Shown piece by piece: positions 18,738 through 28,732 of a DNA stretch of 64,000 bases. The position numbers and the translations under genes were made by a program. The stretch's first letter is position 1. Each line of letters starts with the position of its first letter. The notes beneath the pieces were generated by a model that was not told the DNA's origin, did no database searches, and saw only the letters and a list, made by a program, of their open reading frames with translations. The stretch comes from Candidatus Bathyarchaeia archaeon. GTDB lineage: Archaea; Thermoproteota; Bathyarchaeia; Bathyarchaeales; Bathycorpusculaceae. The DNA lies in assembly GCA_038883655.1 (NCBI GenBank), contig JAVZLQ010000002.1, positions 57,532 through 121,531 of the forward strand, read 5' to 3'.

Positions 18738-18787
18738 TCATCCCATGGAGCTTTTCTTTCTCATTCATTTTGGCTGCTTAAAAACCT

Positions 18788-19183
18788 TCACCACGAATTC
18801 TGCTTATTCCTATTTTGTTTTAGCCTCTTGTAGAGCTGCTCAACCTTTTCGCGGCTTATGTAACCCTTGTGCGGTCTGAAACCGCCAGAAAAGCCATGCG
18901 GAATATGCAATAACTCGTGAATCAGCGTTTTCTCTTTTTCCTCCTCCGACAGCCTATCATAACGTTCGGAGATAACCTCAATAATGTATGTTGGCGGAAG
19001 GTTAAGCGTTTCTTGCCAAATCTTGCCCAAACCATGAATACGTGCGATTGTGCGCGTGGATTTTGAGCCTTTGCTTCTGACGCAGAACACGAACTGCGGC
19101 GTTATGTGAAATAGGTTTAGGGTTGAGGCGATTTCGTCAACACGCTTTTTCACGTCTGATGCTTCAAAATACTTTATTGGCAT
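18788..19183 (-). CDS. putative metallopeptidase (phage-metallopeptidase-like)
   Basis: ARIHG, YIIEVISE, HELLHIP and GGFRPH. Confidence 0.85.
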   Translation of the reverse strand: MPIKYFEASDVKKRVDEIASTLNLFHITPQFVFCVRSKGSKSTRTIARIHGLGKIWQETLNLPPTYIIEVISERYDRLSEEEKEKTLIHELLHIPHGFSGGFRPHKGYISREKVEQLYKRLKQNRNKQNSW

Positions 19184-19214
19184 AGGCTTTCGCTTTTACG
19201 ATTTTGCACGCTTG

Positions 19215-20843
19215 CTAAATTAACTTTTGCCGCTTCAAAATTCTCTTTTTAGCCAAGAAATACACGATTACAGTGCTTGCCACCAGCGTAGTTAATATCA
19301 TAAGTGGTGTTAACTCCGGAATGAGGTTTGGAGATTCTCTAATCGCCGCGAGAAGAGCCACCTTTATGTGGTCTTCGAGGTCTTTAAGCTCAACCCAGTT
19401 TGGTGTGGTTGAATTGTCGTATGCCGTGTGAATCCAGCCAGCTTCACCCATATTCCACAAATCACTGTAGAAAAGCGGATAAGAGCAAAGCATGGCGCTT
19501 GACAATACTGACGTAGCATCAGAAATGCCCAAATCAACGCCCCAATACCACAAAATGGCATCGTTTATGTCGCTTGGCACTCTAAAAGATTCCTGGTCTG
19601 AACCACCAGCGTCTTCTAAAGTAATGCTTATGCCTAAGTCTTGAGCTGCGTCTATTATTCTCTGTGCCAAGTTGCTTCCCGGCGTGTCCGTAACGTATAG
19701 GTAGTCGCTTCCAATGCAGTCTAGGTTGATTACGGCTGTTATGTTCGCCATTTCGCTTTTGTGCTGCGTCACGTAGTTTGCTGAACCGACAAGGTACAGT
19801 TCTTCTGCTGCGAAGGCTATGAAAAGAAGTGTGCGATTTGGCTGGTAAAGACCGCTGTTAATAGCGTCAGTGATTACTTTTGCTATTTCGATTATTCCAG
19901 CAGTTCCAGCCCCGTTGTCGCAGAAGCCAGCACACATAACAGTGTCGTAGTGGCTTGAAATTATCACGGTTTCTTCTGGATTTGCATATCCGCCTATTTT
20001 TCCAACAACATTGTAATGCGTTCCATCGCCTATAACAGCCCTAATGGTAACGTTAGCAGAAAGCGCAGCATTGTATACTTCTTTCTCTCTGATTAGTAAG
20101 CCATCCCAATAGTCCACAAAGCCCACTGGAACTTGGCAATCCCAGAAATATGGACCAAAACCGCTTAATGGGCGTCCACCAGCCGAAGAATGCATTGGCG
20201 GAGTGAAGTTCTTTCTTTCATCCCACCATGTGAAAACAACAGCCGCTGGTCTTTGATAATGCAACTTGTTTACAAACGCGCTTTCATAAGAAGAGCCTCG
20301 CACCTCTCTGCCAATCAAAACAACCTTTCCAGTGGTATTTATAGCACTCCAATCCGCTCCCAGCGGCAAAATTACAAGGTCTGCGAAAACCCCATCATCT
20401 GGCGTTGGCCAACTATAATGTTCGCATTGAAAAGATTCTATCACCGTCTGATCCTCAGTTGTGCTTTGGTTTCCGTCCTCGTCAATGATTAGGGAAGGCT
20501 TTTCGCTTAATGTCCAATTTTTGAAAGTGAAAGGCTCAAGCCAAGCATCCAAACCAAAACTCTCAAACTGCGCCTTAATCCAATGAGCTGCTTCAAGCGC
20601 GCCTAAAGAACCAGCAGAACGAAAATCTGGATGGGCGAGAGCGATGCTTTCCAACTGCAAGTCGTAGCCATAAGCCCTAGTTTCATTAACAAGCTCAACA
20701 ATCTGCTCCTCAAGATCGTTCAAACCAGAACTCATAGAACCATAAACAACACTCATATGAAACGGCAGCAAAGACGAAGCCAAAACCAAAAACCCCAATA
20801 ACAGCGCAAAAAATTGCTTCTTCACCGAAACCGCCTCATCCAA
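19215..20843 (-). CDS. secreted M28 peptidase with PA insert and PEF-like C-terminal anchor
   Basis: Signal peptide; SHYD, DNGAG, AEE, NLD, SD and HT..D; tail IPEL + TM + basic residues. Confidence 0.9.
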   Translation of the reverse strand: MDEAVSVKKQFFALLLGFLVLASSLLPFHMSVVYGSMSSGLNDLEEQIVELVNETRAYGYDLQLESIALAHPDFRSAGSLGALEAAHWIKAQFESFGLDAWLEPFTFKNWTLSEKPSLIIDEDGNQSTTEDQTVIESFQCEHYSWPTPDDGVFADLVILPLGADWSAINTTGKVVLIGREVRGSSYESAFVNKLHYQRPAAVVFTWWDERKNFTPPMHSSAGGRPLSGFGPYFWDCQVPVGFVDYWDGLLIREKEVYNAALSANVTIRAVIGDGTHYNVVGKIGGYANPEETVIISSHYDTVMCAGFCDNGAGTAGIIEIAKVITDAINSGLYQPNRTLLFIAFAAEELYLVGSANYVTQHKSEMANITAVINLDCIGSDYLYVTDTPGSNLAQRIIDAAQDLGISITLEDAGGSDQESFRVPSDINDAILWYWGVDLGISDATSVLSSAMLCSYPLFYSDLWNMGEAGWIHTAYDNSTTPNWVELKDLEDHIKVALLAAIRESPNLIPELTPLMILTTLVASTVIVYFLAKKRILKRQKLI

Positions 20844-20880
20844 TAATCTGTAAAATGAGCTAATAAGCCTAACGAAACAG

Positions 20881-20955
20881 TGGACCGGGCGGGATTTGAA
20901 CCCGCGGCTTCCGCCTTGCGAAGGCGGCGATCGTACCAGGCTGATCTACCGGCCC
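20881..20955 (-). tRNA. tRNA-Ala(CGC), no intron, CCA not encoded
   Basis: Reverse complement GGGCCGGTAGATCAGCCTGGTACGATCGCCGCCTTCGCAAGGCGGAAGCCGCGGGTTCAAATCCCGCCCGGTCCA; G3:U70 pair present. Confidence 0.95.
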
Positions 20956-21141
20956 TCTACGTGCTTTTATGGGTTTATTTAATAATTTTAGGGTTTCTGG
21001 TTTTGGTTGTGGCTTTATTTTATCTTTTGCTAGGCTCTGCTTTGGCTCAAAGTTTGTGGCTGGCGTGAATTTTCTTCGATATCGTTGAATGGAACGTTGT
21101 ACAGCAAAGTTGGGGTTATACATTTTTGTTGTGGCGGATAA

Positions 21142-24100
21142 CTAGGAAATCGCAATGTAAACCTTCTTGTCGTCGAGTTGGTGTTCATGCCATTCAACTT
21201 TAGCTTCTTCACGTCTTTCATGTAAATGGATGCTTTTAGCTCTCACAAGCTCCTCCATTTCCTTCAAGTACGGCTCCAACAGCCTAATGCTCTCCTTTTC
21301 CAGTTCAGCGATGCGCACAGCGTTCAAGACGTCTGTTGGCATGTAACCAAGCTCCTTTCGCAATGACTGAACTCTTCGGGCTATGTCTCGCATTAAGCCT
21401 TCTCCAAGCAGACTCTCGTCGCGTTTGATGTTTAGCATCACTTGCATCTCGCCTTCGGAGGCTAAAGCCCACTCTGCTTTTTGTGCTATGTCTTCTGGAA
21501 CTTTTTGGATGTACCTTATGCTTTTCACATTTGCAAGTTCGGTCAATAATTTTTCAACATTCCTTAGCTTGTTACATGTCTTTTCTGGAGCAATAATCAC
21601 AAGCTCTTTCAGGGGCCATCTCCGCTTTAGTTTGACCGATTGCCTAGCCGCGTAAGTAAGCGAAACACACTTGAAAAGCGTCTCTATTTCCTCTTCAACA
21701 TCCTTATTTCGCATCTTCACGTTTGGCTTCGGCCAGTCTTCGAAGTTTACTGATTCTGGCAATGTTTCGTCAAGTCTTCTGTAGACCTTCTGGTACAGCG
21801 CTTCGCTAAGGTATGGTGTTACTGGATTGAAAAGTAGCAGAACAGTTTTCAGCGTGTGCCAGAGCGTGGCGTATATTGCCATTCTTCTGTTCAGGGTTTC
21901 TGGGTCGTCTGTCCAAAGCTCCTTCCTAATCATCGGCACGTAAAGTCTGCTTAGCGTTTCTATCACGAAGTCTTCAAGCACCGCAAGTGCAAAGTTGAAC
22001 TCGCACCTCTCAAGCCTACTTGTGCATTGCTCTATTGCCAACTGAAGCTTTGAGAGAAGCCACAAATCTGGCTTTTCAAGAAGTCCATCGTTTTCCGCCC
22101 ATTCAAGGGTGTGCACTTTTGGATTAAAACCATCGTACTCAGCGTTTTGCACGAAGAACCTATTCAAATGGTAAAGCGTGGACAAGACTTGGTATGGGCG
22201 GCGATTCAACTCTTGAACATCAAAGTTTATAAAGTCTATGGGTGAGCACTTACGCAGCATGTAAAACCTGCAAATGTCTGCTGAATACTTTTCTAGGAGC
22301 TTGTTTACCTCTATAATGTTTCCAAGACTTTTGCTCATCTTCCTTCCTTTTGCATCTTGCGCCAAACCCTGAAATAGGAACGCCTTATATGGAGCTTCAG
22401 CCCTTCCAGTAAGTATAACATGCTCCAGCAGAAGCGAGTTCGCCCAGCCCCTTGTTTGATCTATTCCCTCTGTTAGGAATTCGCACGGCACATACTTTAC
22501 AAATTCTTCGTCTGTAAACCTTGCATACGGGGATGCGCCGCTGTTATGCCAAGTATCCAAAACATATGGTTCTCTTTGCATTTTTCCGCCGCATTTCTCG
22601 CACTTTATTTTTATGCGGTCAACCCATGGCTTGTGAAGCTCAAAATAGCCGCTTGGTTTTTCTATTGCTTTTTCCAGTAGCTCCCTCTTACTCACGATAA
22701 GCGTTTTTGCTCCACAGTTTTCGCAAACCCATATTGGAAGTGGTGTTCCCCAAACGCGCTCCCTTGATATGCACCATGGCTTTCCCTCCTTTAGAAATGA
22801 TAGGAACCTATTCTTCGGGCTTTCGTAATAGTATTCCACTTTTTCTGCAGCTTCAACAACCTTTGCATTTATTTTATCTGTTCTTAAGAAGTATTCGCGT
22901 CTTGCAAGCCAAACAAGCTTATGATGCGAGCGCCAGCAAGTTGGATACTCGTGCTTTATGGTTTTAGCCAACACCAGCAAGCCTCTTTTTCGGAGTTCCT
23001 CTATAACTATTGCGTCAGCGTCTCTTGCAAAAATGCCTTCAAATACTCCGGCATCCGCTGTAAACTTAACTTCATCATCAAAAGGAGCAAATATCGGAAC
23101 TCCTCTCCTCTGCGCGGCGAAGAAATCTTCTTCGCCGTTTCCAGGCGACAAGTGCACTATACCCGTTGCAGTGTTTATATCCACAAAATCTTCACAGACA
23201 ACCCTATGCACAAGCGGATGTTTGCCTTCAAGTTCCACCTGTTTCGGAATCAAATCCTTAAATGGATAATCATATTTTACGCCTTCGAGTTCTCTGCCCC
23301 AAACAGTCCCCAAAACTTCATAGTTTTCTATGTCCAACTCTTGCATCACTGGTTCTACCCTTCCTTTGGCTAGTATCCAGTTTTCCGAGCCAACCCTAAC
23401 TTTGGCATATTCTGCCTCTGGATGAACCGCAAGCATCGTGTCCGTTATAAGCGTGAAGGGCATTGTCGTCCAAACTAGGAAATAGTCGTTCTGGCTTTCT
23501 GCAACCCTAAACTTAAAATGCAATGATGGGTCCTCAACTTCTCTATAAGAGTCTTCGTAGCCAACCTCCGCACTGCTTAGGCTTGTTTGGCATCCTGGAC
23601 AATAAGCCACAACGTAATATCCCTCTTCTAGCAAGCCCTGCTCCCAAGCGCGTTTTAGGTATTGCCACTCACGTTCAATGTACTCGTCCAAGTATGTCCA
23701 GTACGCCTTCTCCTGGTCTATGAATATTCCAAGCTTTTTATCCGCCTCAACCCATTCGCGGTGGTAACGCATAATCGCCTTCTTGCATTCCTCTATGAAG
23801 CGTTCTTCGCCAACCCTCTCAAGTAGTTCACGCTTGTTCTTGACGCCCAAAAGCTTTTCAACCTCAAGCTCAACGGGCAAGCCTTGACAGTCCCATCCAG
23901 CCCAAAAGGGCATAAAATAGCCTTGCATAGTCTTCCATCTGAAACGCAAGTCCTTCATTACGCGTCCTCTTGCATGTCCAACGTGTGGTATGCCGTTAAG
24001 CGTCGGTGGTCCTTCAACCCAACCAGAAAAGCCTACATTATTTTTCTCTCTGAAAGCCATTAGCTTCTTCTGTATCTGGTTTTTCTCCCAAAATTCACGT

Positions 24101-24177
24101 ATTTCTCTTTCAAGTTCAAGCGGGCGATAATCAGCGGTAAAACTCTCTTCAAAATTAGCTTTGAATTTGGCGGTCAC
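21142..24177 (-). CDS. ileS: isoleucine-tRNA ligase
   Basis: GPP, HVGH, GWDCQGLP, WTTMP, WCISR, EGIDQTRGW and KMSKS. Confidence 0.97.
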   Translation of the reverse strand: MTAKFKANFEESFTADYRPLELEREIREFWEKNQIQKKLMAFREKNNVGFSGWVEGPPTLNGIPHVGHARGRVMKDLRFRWKTMQGYFMPFWAGWDCQGLPVELEVEKLLGVKNKRELLERVGEERFIEECKKAIMRYHREWVEADKKLGIFIDQEKAYWTYLDEYIEREWQYLKRAWEQGLLEEGYYVVAYCPGCQTSLSSAEVGYEDSYREVEDPSLHFKFRVAESQNDYFLVWTTMPFTLITDTMLAVHPEAEYAKVRVGSENWILAKGRVEPVMQELDIENYEVLGTVWGRELEGVKYDYPFKDLIPKQVELEGKHPLVHRVVCEDFVDINTATGIVHLSPGNGEEDFFAAQRRGVPIFAPFDDEVKFTADAGVFEGIFARDADAIVIEELRKRGLLVLAKTIKHEYPTCWRSHHKLVWLARREYFLRTDKINAKVVEAAEKVEYYYESPKNRFLSFLKEGKPWCISRERVWGTPLPIWVCENCGAKTLIVSKRELLEKAIEKPSGYFELHKPWVDRIKIKCEKCGGKMQREPYVLDTWHNSGASPYARFTDEEFVKYVPCEFLTEGIDQTRGWANSLLLEHVILTGRAEAPYKAFLFQGLAQDAKGRKMSKSLGNIIEVNKLLEKYSADICRFYMLRKCSPIDFINFDVQELNRRPYQVLSTLYHLNRFFVQNAEYDGFNPKVHTLEWAENDGLLEKPDLWLLSKLQLAIEQCTSRLERCEFNFALAVLEDFVIETLSRLYVPMIRKELWTDDPETLNRRMAIYATLWHTLKTVLLLFNPVTPYLSEALYQKVYRRLDETLPESVNFEDWPKPNVKMRNKDVEEEIETLFKCVSLTYAARQSVKLKRRWPLKELVIIAPEKTCNKLRNVEKLLTELANVKSIRYIQKVPEDIAQKAEWALASEGEMQVMLNIKRDESLLGEGLMRDIARRVQSLRKELGYMPTDVLNAVRIAELEKESIRLLEPYLKEMEELVRAKSIHLHERREEAKVEWHEHQLDDKKVYIAIS

Positions 24178-24250
24178 CTTTCATCCCAAAGCACCCGCAA
24201 ATACACAACAATTGCATCGGCAACATATAACCTTTTTGAATTATGGATTA

Positions 24251-25183
24251 CTATAGTTTTACGGGCTGATGTTTATACGCTAAATATAGGCATGCGCATG
24301 TAGCTACGGTGGCTCCATCCCCAACGCATGCAGGTATTATGTCCTTAACAGTTGATGCACATCCGCCAGCCGCGAAGACTCCTTCAATGTTTGTATTTCC
24401 AAATTCATCCGCAATTATGCAGCCTTGTCTATGAGTTTTTATACCAACTTTGCGCAGAACGGAAACGAAGGGCTTGATGCCTCCAACAACCAGAATTATG
24501 TTTGTTTTTAACTTTTTCGTTTTTGGCTTGTCGACGTGTTGGAGCACGAGCGTTTTTGATGGTGGTTTGCCCTTAATCTCCTTTCCAACAAAATCTTCTA
24601 TTAGGTTGATATTTTTTGCTTGGAGGATTTCCCTCTGTGCATCATTGATATGTATCATGTTTGCATGATTAACGAGCTTAACGCTTTTGGCGATTGTTGT
24701 TAAACGTAAAGCTTCATTCAAAGCCTCGCTCACATTACCAATAACGACAATATCCTTTCCCTCAAAATAATGCGTGCAACACTCTGCACAATAGGCAACA
24801 CCACCACCAATCCATGTTTCCCATTTCATGCCCAGACCTTTCATTCCATTCCCAGTTGCAAGAATCAAAGCTTTACATTGATACTTGTCCTTCCTAGTTT
24901 CTACAATTTTCTCAGCCTCATTTAGCGAAAGGCTAACGACCTCCTCTAAGGTGTGAATTTCAGCGCCTTTTCTTTCTGCTTGGTGCGCCATTTTTTCCAT
25001 GAGCCTTAATCCAGAAATTTTCCCTAGAAAGCCAGGATAATTGTCGATTCCGCGGGCACGAGTTGCTATTCCACCTACTTTCTCAGAAGTTTCCAAAACA
25101 AGTGTTTGCAATCCAAAATTTGCAGAGTGAATCGCTGCTGATAAGCCTGCTGGTCCACCGCCCACTACAATAACGTCATACAT
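24251..25183 (-). CDS. thioredoxin-reductase-like FAD oxidoreductase
   Basis: GGGPAG, NYPGF, ATG, CAEC and TNIEGVFAAG. Confidence 0.88.
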   Translation of the reverse strand: MYDVIVVGGGPAGLSAAIHSANFGLQTLVLETSEKVGGIATRARGIDNYPGFLGKISGLRLMEKMAHQAERKGAEIHTLEEVVSLSLNEAEKIVETRKDKYQCKALILATGNGMKGLGMKWETWIGGGVAYCAECCTHYFEGKDIVVIGNVSEALNEALRLTTIAKSVKLVNHANMIHINDAQREILQAKNINLIEDFVGKEIKGKPPSKTLVLQHVDKPKTKKLKTNIILVVGGIKPFVSVLRKVGIKTHRQGCIIADEFGNTNIEGVFAAGGCASTVKDIIPACVGDGATVATCACLYLAYKHQPVKL

Positions 25184-25230
25184 GTGCCAACCTCAGTTAT
25201 ACTTATGTGTTTTAATGTTTAAAACACTGG

Positions 25231-26001
25231 CTATTTCCTTTTTAGAAGTGCTATGTTAGTATTTGTTGGTTTTTCGGCTTTTTCAAGTGGTTTATCCAAA
25301 TGCCAAGTGCTTTCCGTCCCTTCCCACCATCCTAGAAACTCAAATTTTCCATTAAGCTTTACAAGAGCCTTAAATTCTTGTGGAAAAACGAACTTTAAGT
25401 TCTCCTCCCCCTCGAGTTTAAGTTGTCTTCCATGGTCGTCTACCTCCATCACAATCTTTTCTGTGTAAATTTGGTTAAGCATGTCTTTCCATCGTGTGGT
25501 GTACGTTACTTTGACTTTTATTCCATTCCTCTCCATAGTCCAGCTTTGTTCGGCGTCTTTTGTCCAGTCAACAGCCATGTTTTGGATTAGGTATAGTCCT
25601 CCTCTTTTGAGAGAATACGCCACGGAGTCAAGATGGTTTAGGAGCTCCTCGTTTGATTTGAAGCTGAATGAACCCATCATTATTAATGCGAAGTCAACCT
25701 TTCTTTTCAATCTGAAATTGCACATGTCCGCTTGAACAGTTTCAATTTTTACTCCTTCTTCCATAGCTTTCTGCCGTAAATATGCCAGCATCTCCGCGCT
25801 TGAGTCAAGTCCAATAGCTTCGTAGCCTCTTCTTGCAATTTCCCTTAGTTGAAGGCTTGGTCCACATGCCACGTCGAGGAAGCGTTTGACTTTTGTTTTG
25901 CTAAATTTCGCGATGATCTCTTCGAAGCTGTCAACTTGCCTTTTTGGGTCGAAGAAGCTAAAGGCAATTTCATAATAGAGAGGGTGTTTATAGATTTCCA
26001 T
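25231..26001 (-). CDS. class I SAM-dependent methyltransferase
   Basis: LDVACG, GLDSS, ADM and LKRGG; probable ATG at 26001. Confidence 0.88.
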   Translation of the reverse strand: MEIYKHPLYYEIAFSFFDPKRQVDSFEEIIAKFSKTKVKRFLDVACGPSLQLREIARRGYEAIGLDSSAEMLAYLRQKAMEEGVKIETVQADMCNFRLKRKVDFALIMMGSFSFKSNEELLNHLDSVAYSLKRGGLYLIQNMAVDWTKDAEQSWTMERNGIKVKVTYTTRWKDMLNQIYTEKIVMEVDDHGRQLKLEGEENLKFVFPQEFKALVKLNGKFEFLGWWEGTESTWHLDKPLEKAEKPTNTNIALLKRK

Positions 26002-26024
26002 GAAATTCGTTTTATATTTTCTTG

Positions 26025-26540
26025 TTAGTTGTTCTTGAGTTTTGCTGCCTTTAGCCATTCCAAACAAGAATACAGTGCAAGCAGAATTACGATTAATTCC
26101 ACAACTATTGCTGTTGTTCCTAGATAGAACGGATTTCCATAGGTGGCTGGGTACAAAACATAAGGCATATCCCTATGCGTGAACATGTCAAAGAATATGT
26201 GGGTGAAGCTGCCTATTAAGCTGCAAAGATAAATTGTTGCTACTGGATACTGCGCTTGTTTTGTGTAAAGCCTCAACTTGTTATATGCGGATTGCAGTTG
26301 TGATGTGAATGATCGTTCAGCGGCGTAAACTCCAAGCGTTATTAGTACTGGATAAGCGGTTAGAGCTAATGCAAAGCCATGCCAAATCCTATGATTTAAT
26401 GGCTCCATGATGAGCAAGTAATATGCAGCTTCTAAGTCGATAAATGTTGATGAAACAGCCAATGCAAGAGGGTCAAATCTCCTTTTATTCCTAAAATACA
26501 GAAACATTAGCGACAACGCATGTAGCGGCGTTATTGGCAT
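26025..26540 (-). CDS. DUF4184/YdjM-like membrane metal-dependent hydrolase
   Basis: MPITPLH, D, H..WH and THIFFDMFTH. Confidence 0.75.
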   Translation of the reverse strand: MPITPLHALSLMFLYFRNKRRFDPLALAVSSTFIDLEAAYYLLIMEPLNHRIWHGFALALTAYPVLITLGVYAAERSFTSQLQSAYNKLRLYTKQAQYPVATIYLCSLIGSFTHIFFDMFTHRDMPYVLYPATYGNPFYLGTTAIVVELIVILLALYSCLEWLKAAKLKNN

Positions 26541-26541
26541 T

Positions 26542-27369
26542 TTATTCCAGCGGAACCTTTCTACCGCAAAAGTCACGCTTCAAAAACCCAAACTCGCTCT
26601 TAACGCTTCTGAGCTGATTAGAGTTGAAAACTGGGCCGTCTCTGCAAACGCGGTAACTACCCAGAACACAGCTTCCACACAAGCCAATTGCACAGCGCAT
26701 TAGGCGTTCTAAGCTTGCCTCTAAGGCTATTCCATGTTTTTCGGCTAAATCGAAGACTTTCCGCATCATCTGCTCTGGTCCACAAGCGTAAATAAAGTCA
26801 AATTTTTCCCTAGCTAATATTTCCTTAAGAGGGTCTGTCGCCAAGCCTTTTATGCCATGGCTTCCGTCTTCCGTTGTGGTGATTAGGTTTTTGCCGCAAA
26901 CTTTTCCCAGTTCGCTCATGAAGAGTAGCTCCTCTTTTGTTTTTGCACCCACCGTGAAGACAAGTTTTTCCGCTTTTTCAACAAGCTTTTTTGCTAGGAA
27001 AAGCAGCGGTGCTATGCCGGTTCCACCACCAACCATTAACACCTTACCATAGTTTAATGTGAAGCTGTTGCCGAATGGTCCGCGGACACCAACTGTTGCG
27101 CCAACTTTTAGCATGTGAAGCGCATTTGTGGCTTCTCCAACTCTCTTAACGGCGACGGAAACTTTCTCTTCTTCAACATCTAGTATGCTCAAAGGAATTT
27201 CATCAACGCTTGGAATCCACAGCATCAGAAACTGTCCAGGCATGGCTCTCGCGCAAAGCCTATCCTTAAAAGTGAACTTCTTAACCGTTAAGCCTACATC
27301 CTCAATTTCTATTATTTGCGTAGCTCTATGCTTGTTAGCGGCGATGCGATAAGCCAACAATCTCCTCAA
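26542..27369 (-). CDS. pyrK: dihydroorotate dehydrogenase electron transfer subunit
   Basis: PGQF, GPFG, GGGTGIAP, ACGP and CAIGLCGSC...C.DGPVF. Confidence 0.95.
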   Translation of the reverse strand: MRRLLAYRIAANKHRATQIIEIEDVGLTVKKFTFKDRLCARAMPGQFLMLWIPSVDEIPLSILDVEEEKVSVAVKRVGEATNALHMLKVGATVGVRGPFGNSFTLNYGKVLMVGGGTGIAPLLFLAKKLVEKAEKLVFTVGAKTKEELLFMSELGKVCGKNLITTTEDGSHGIKGLATDPLKEILAREKFDFIYACGPEQMMRKVFDLAEKHGIALEASLERLMRCAIGLCGSCVLGSYRVCRDGPVFNSNQLRSVKSEFGFLKRDFCGRKVPLE

Positions 27370-28252
27370 CGCTCCTAAAATTCTTCCTTTTCAGGTAGGC
27401 TCTTATTCCCCGAACAATGGTGCCAAAAACATCAGCATCTTTCGTTGTTATAGCCGTGCCTATTTGTACGGCCGATGCCCCAGCCAGCAAGAATTCCACA
27501 GCGTCACGCCAACTTGCTACGCCACCACAACCAATTATCGGCACTTTAACGTTTTCGTAAAGTTCATAGATGCATCGCAGGGCTATCGGCTTTATGGCTG
27601 GTCCAGATAATCCGCCGAACTTGTTGCTTAAAATCGGCATGGCTGTTTCCACGTCTATTGCCATAGCTCTAACCGTATTTATTGCCGTTAACCCGTCAAC
27701 GCCAGCTTTAACGGCAGCATCAGCAATTTCAACGATATTCGTGACGTTTGGTGAAAGCTTAACAAACACGGGGTTTTCAACGGCTTTTTTTACTTCATCC
27801 ACGACTTCTGCAAGAACTTTTGCGTTCTGCCCAATCTCTGCGCCTGTCTCCTTAACATGCGGACAGGAAACGTTTAGCTCAACAGCATCAGCCCCGGCTT
27901 CAACAGCCTTTTTCGCCACTTCTGCGTATTCTTCTGCTGTAAAACCGTAAACACTGACAATTAATGGAACTTTTAATACGCGTTTTGCTTGACGGATTTC
28001 TACTGCAAATTCTTCTATGCCAGGGTTTGGAAGACCCATGGCGTTGATTAAGCCGCAGCTGGCTTGGACTATTGTTGGATTTGGGTAGCCAGTTCTCGGT
28101 TTTAAGCCAACAGACTTTGTTACAATGGCTCCGGCGCCTCCAGCGGCAACTGTTTCAAAGGTTTCAGCTGAGTAGCCTAGAACTCCAGAAGCCAACATTG
28201 TCGGATTGGCAATTTTTAAGCCGCCCAAATTTATGTTTAGGTTTATTTTCAA
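27335..28252 (-). CDS. pyrD: dihydroorotate dehydrogenase B catalytic subunit
   Basis: NAMGLPN, NVSCPH, KLSPN and GGLSG.AIKP. Confidence 0.96.
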   Translation of the reverse strand: MKINLNINLGGLKIANPTMLASGVLGYSAETFETVAAGGAGAIVTKSVGLKPRTGYPNPTIVQASCGLINAMGLPNPGIEEFAVEIRQAKRVLKVPLIVSVYGFTAEEYAEVAKKAVEAGADAVELNVSCPHVKETGAEIGQNAKVLAEVVDEVKKAVENPVFVKLSPNVTNIVEIADAAVKAGVDGLTAINTVRAMAIDVETAMPILSNKFGGLSGPAIKPIALRCIYELYENVKVPIIGCGGVASWRDAVEFLLAGASAVQIGTAITTKDADVFGTIVRGIRAYLKRKNFRSVEEIVGLSHRR

Positions 28253-28368
28253 GTGTTTTCACCGTAAGCTTCATTGCAAACTTTTGGAGCTAAACTGTAA
28301 TTTTAGCCGCCTAAACCTATTTAAAAGGTTAGGAAACAGACGCTGCGACAGTTAGTATTTTCCATCTT

Positions 28369-28587
28369 TCACTTTTTCTTTTTAGGCGTTGTTTCTGGTT
28401 GCGGCTCCTCAGCGCCAAGAAGTATACGCAGCGACTTAACTTCCTCTCGGAGCATACTAATTTCGCTTTCTAGAGCTTTTGCTTTCGCGTCAGCCATCTT
28501 CTTTAGCTCTTCAATTTCTAAAAGGAGGTTTTTCCTCTCGCTTTCCAGATTTCTTATTTTTTCTATAATCGGCTTTATGCCACTCAT
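28369..28587 (-). CDS. small coiled-coil protein
   Basis: Continuous heptad pattern; basic PKKKK tail. Confidence 0.7.
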   Translation of the reverse strand: MSGIKPIIEKIRNLESERKNLLLEIEELKKMADAKAKALESEISMLREEVKSLRILLGAEEPQPETTPKKKK

Positions 28588-28732
28588 AAGGAAGCTCTCG
28601 CAAATAAGATATTATCCATTTTAGACACTTAAGATTTTTGCAGCGAAACACCTTCGTAAGCGTCTCCAATAACTATTTATTGAAACAATAAGATGAATAT
28701 GTGAGGGTTTAAGTTTCAGTTGTGGGAGGAAA

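Noticed and set aside
20869-21221. Short ORFs 20869-21123, 20880-21068 and 21030-21221
   Set aside because: They overlap tRNA-Ala or the ileS end and show no protein motifs.
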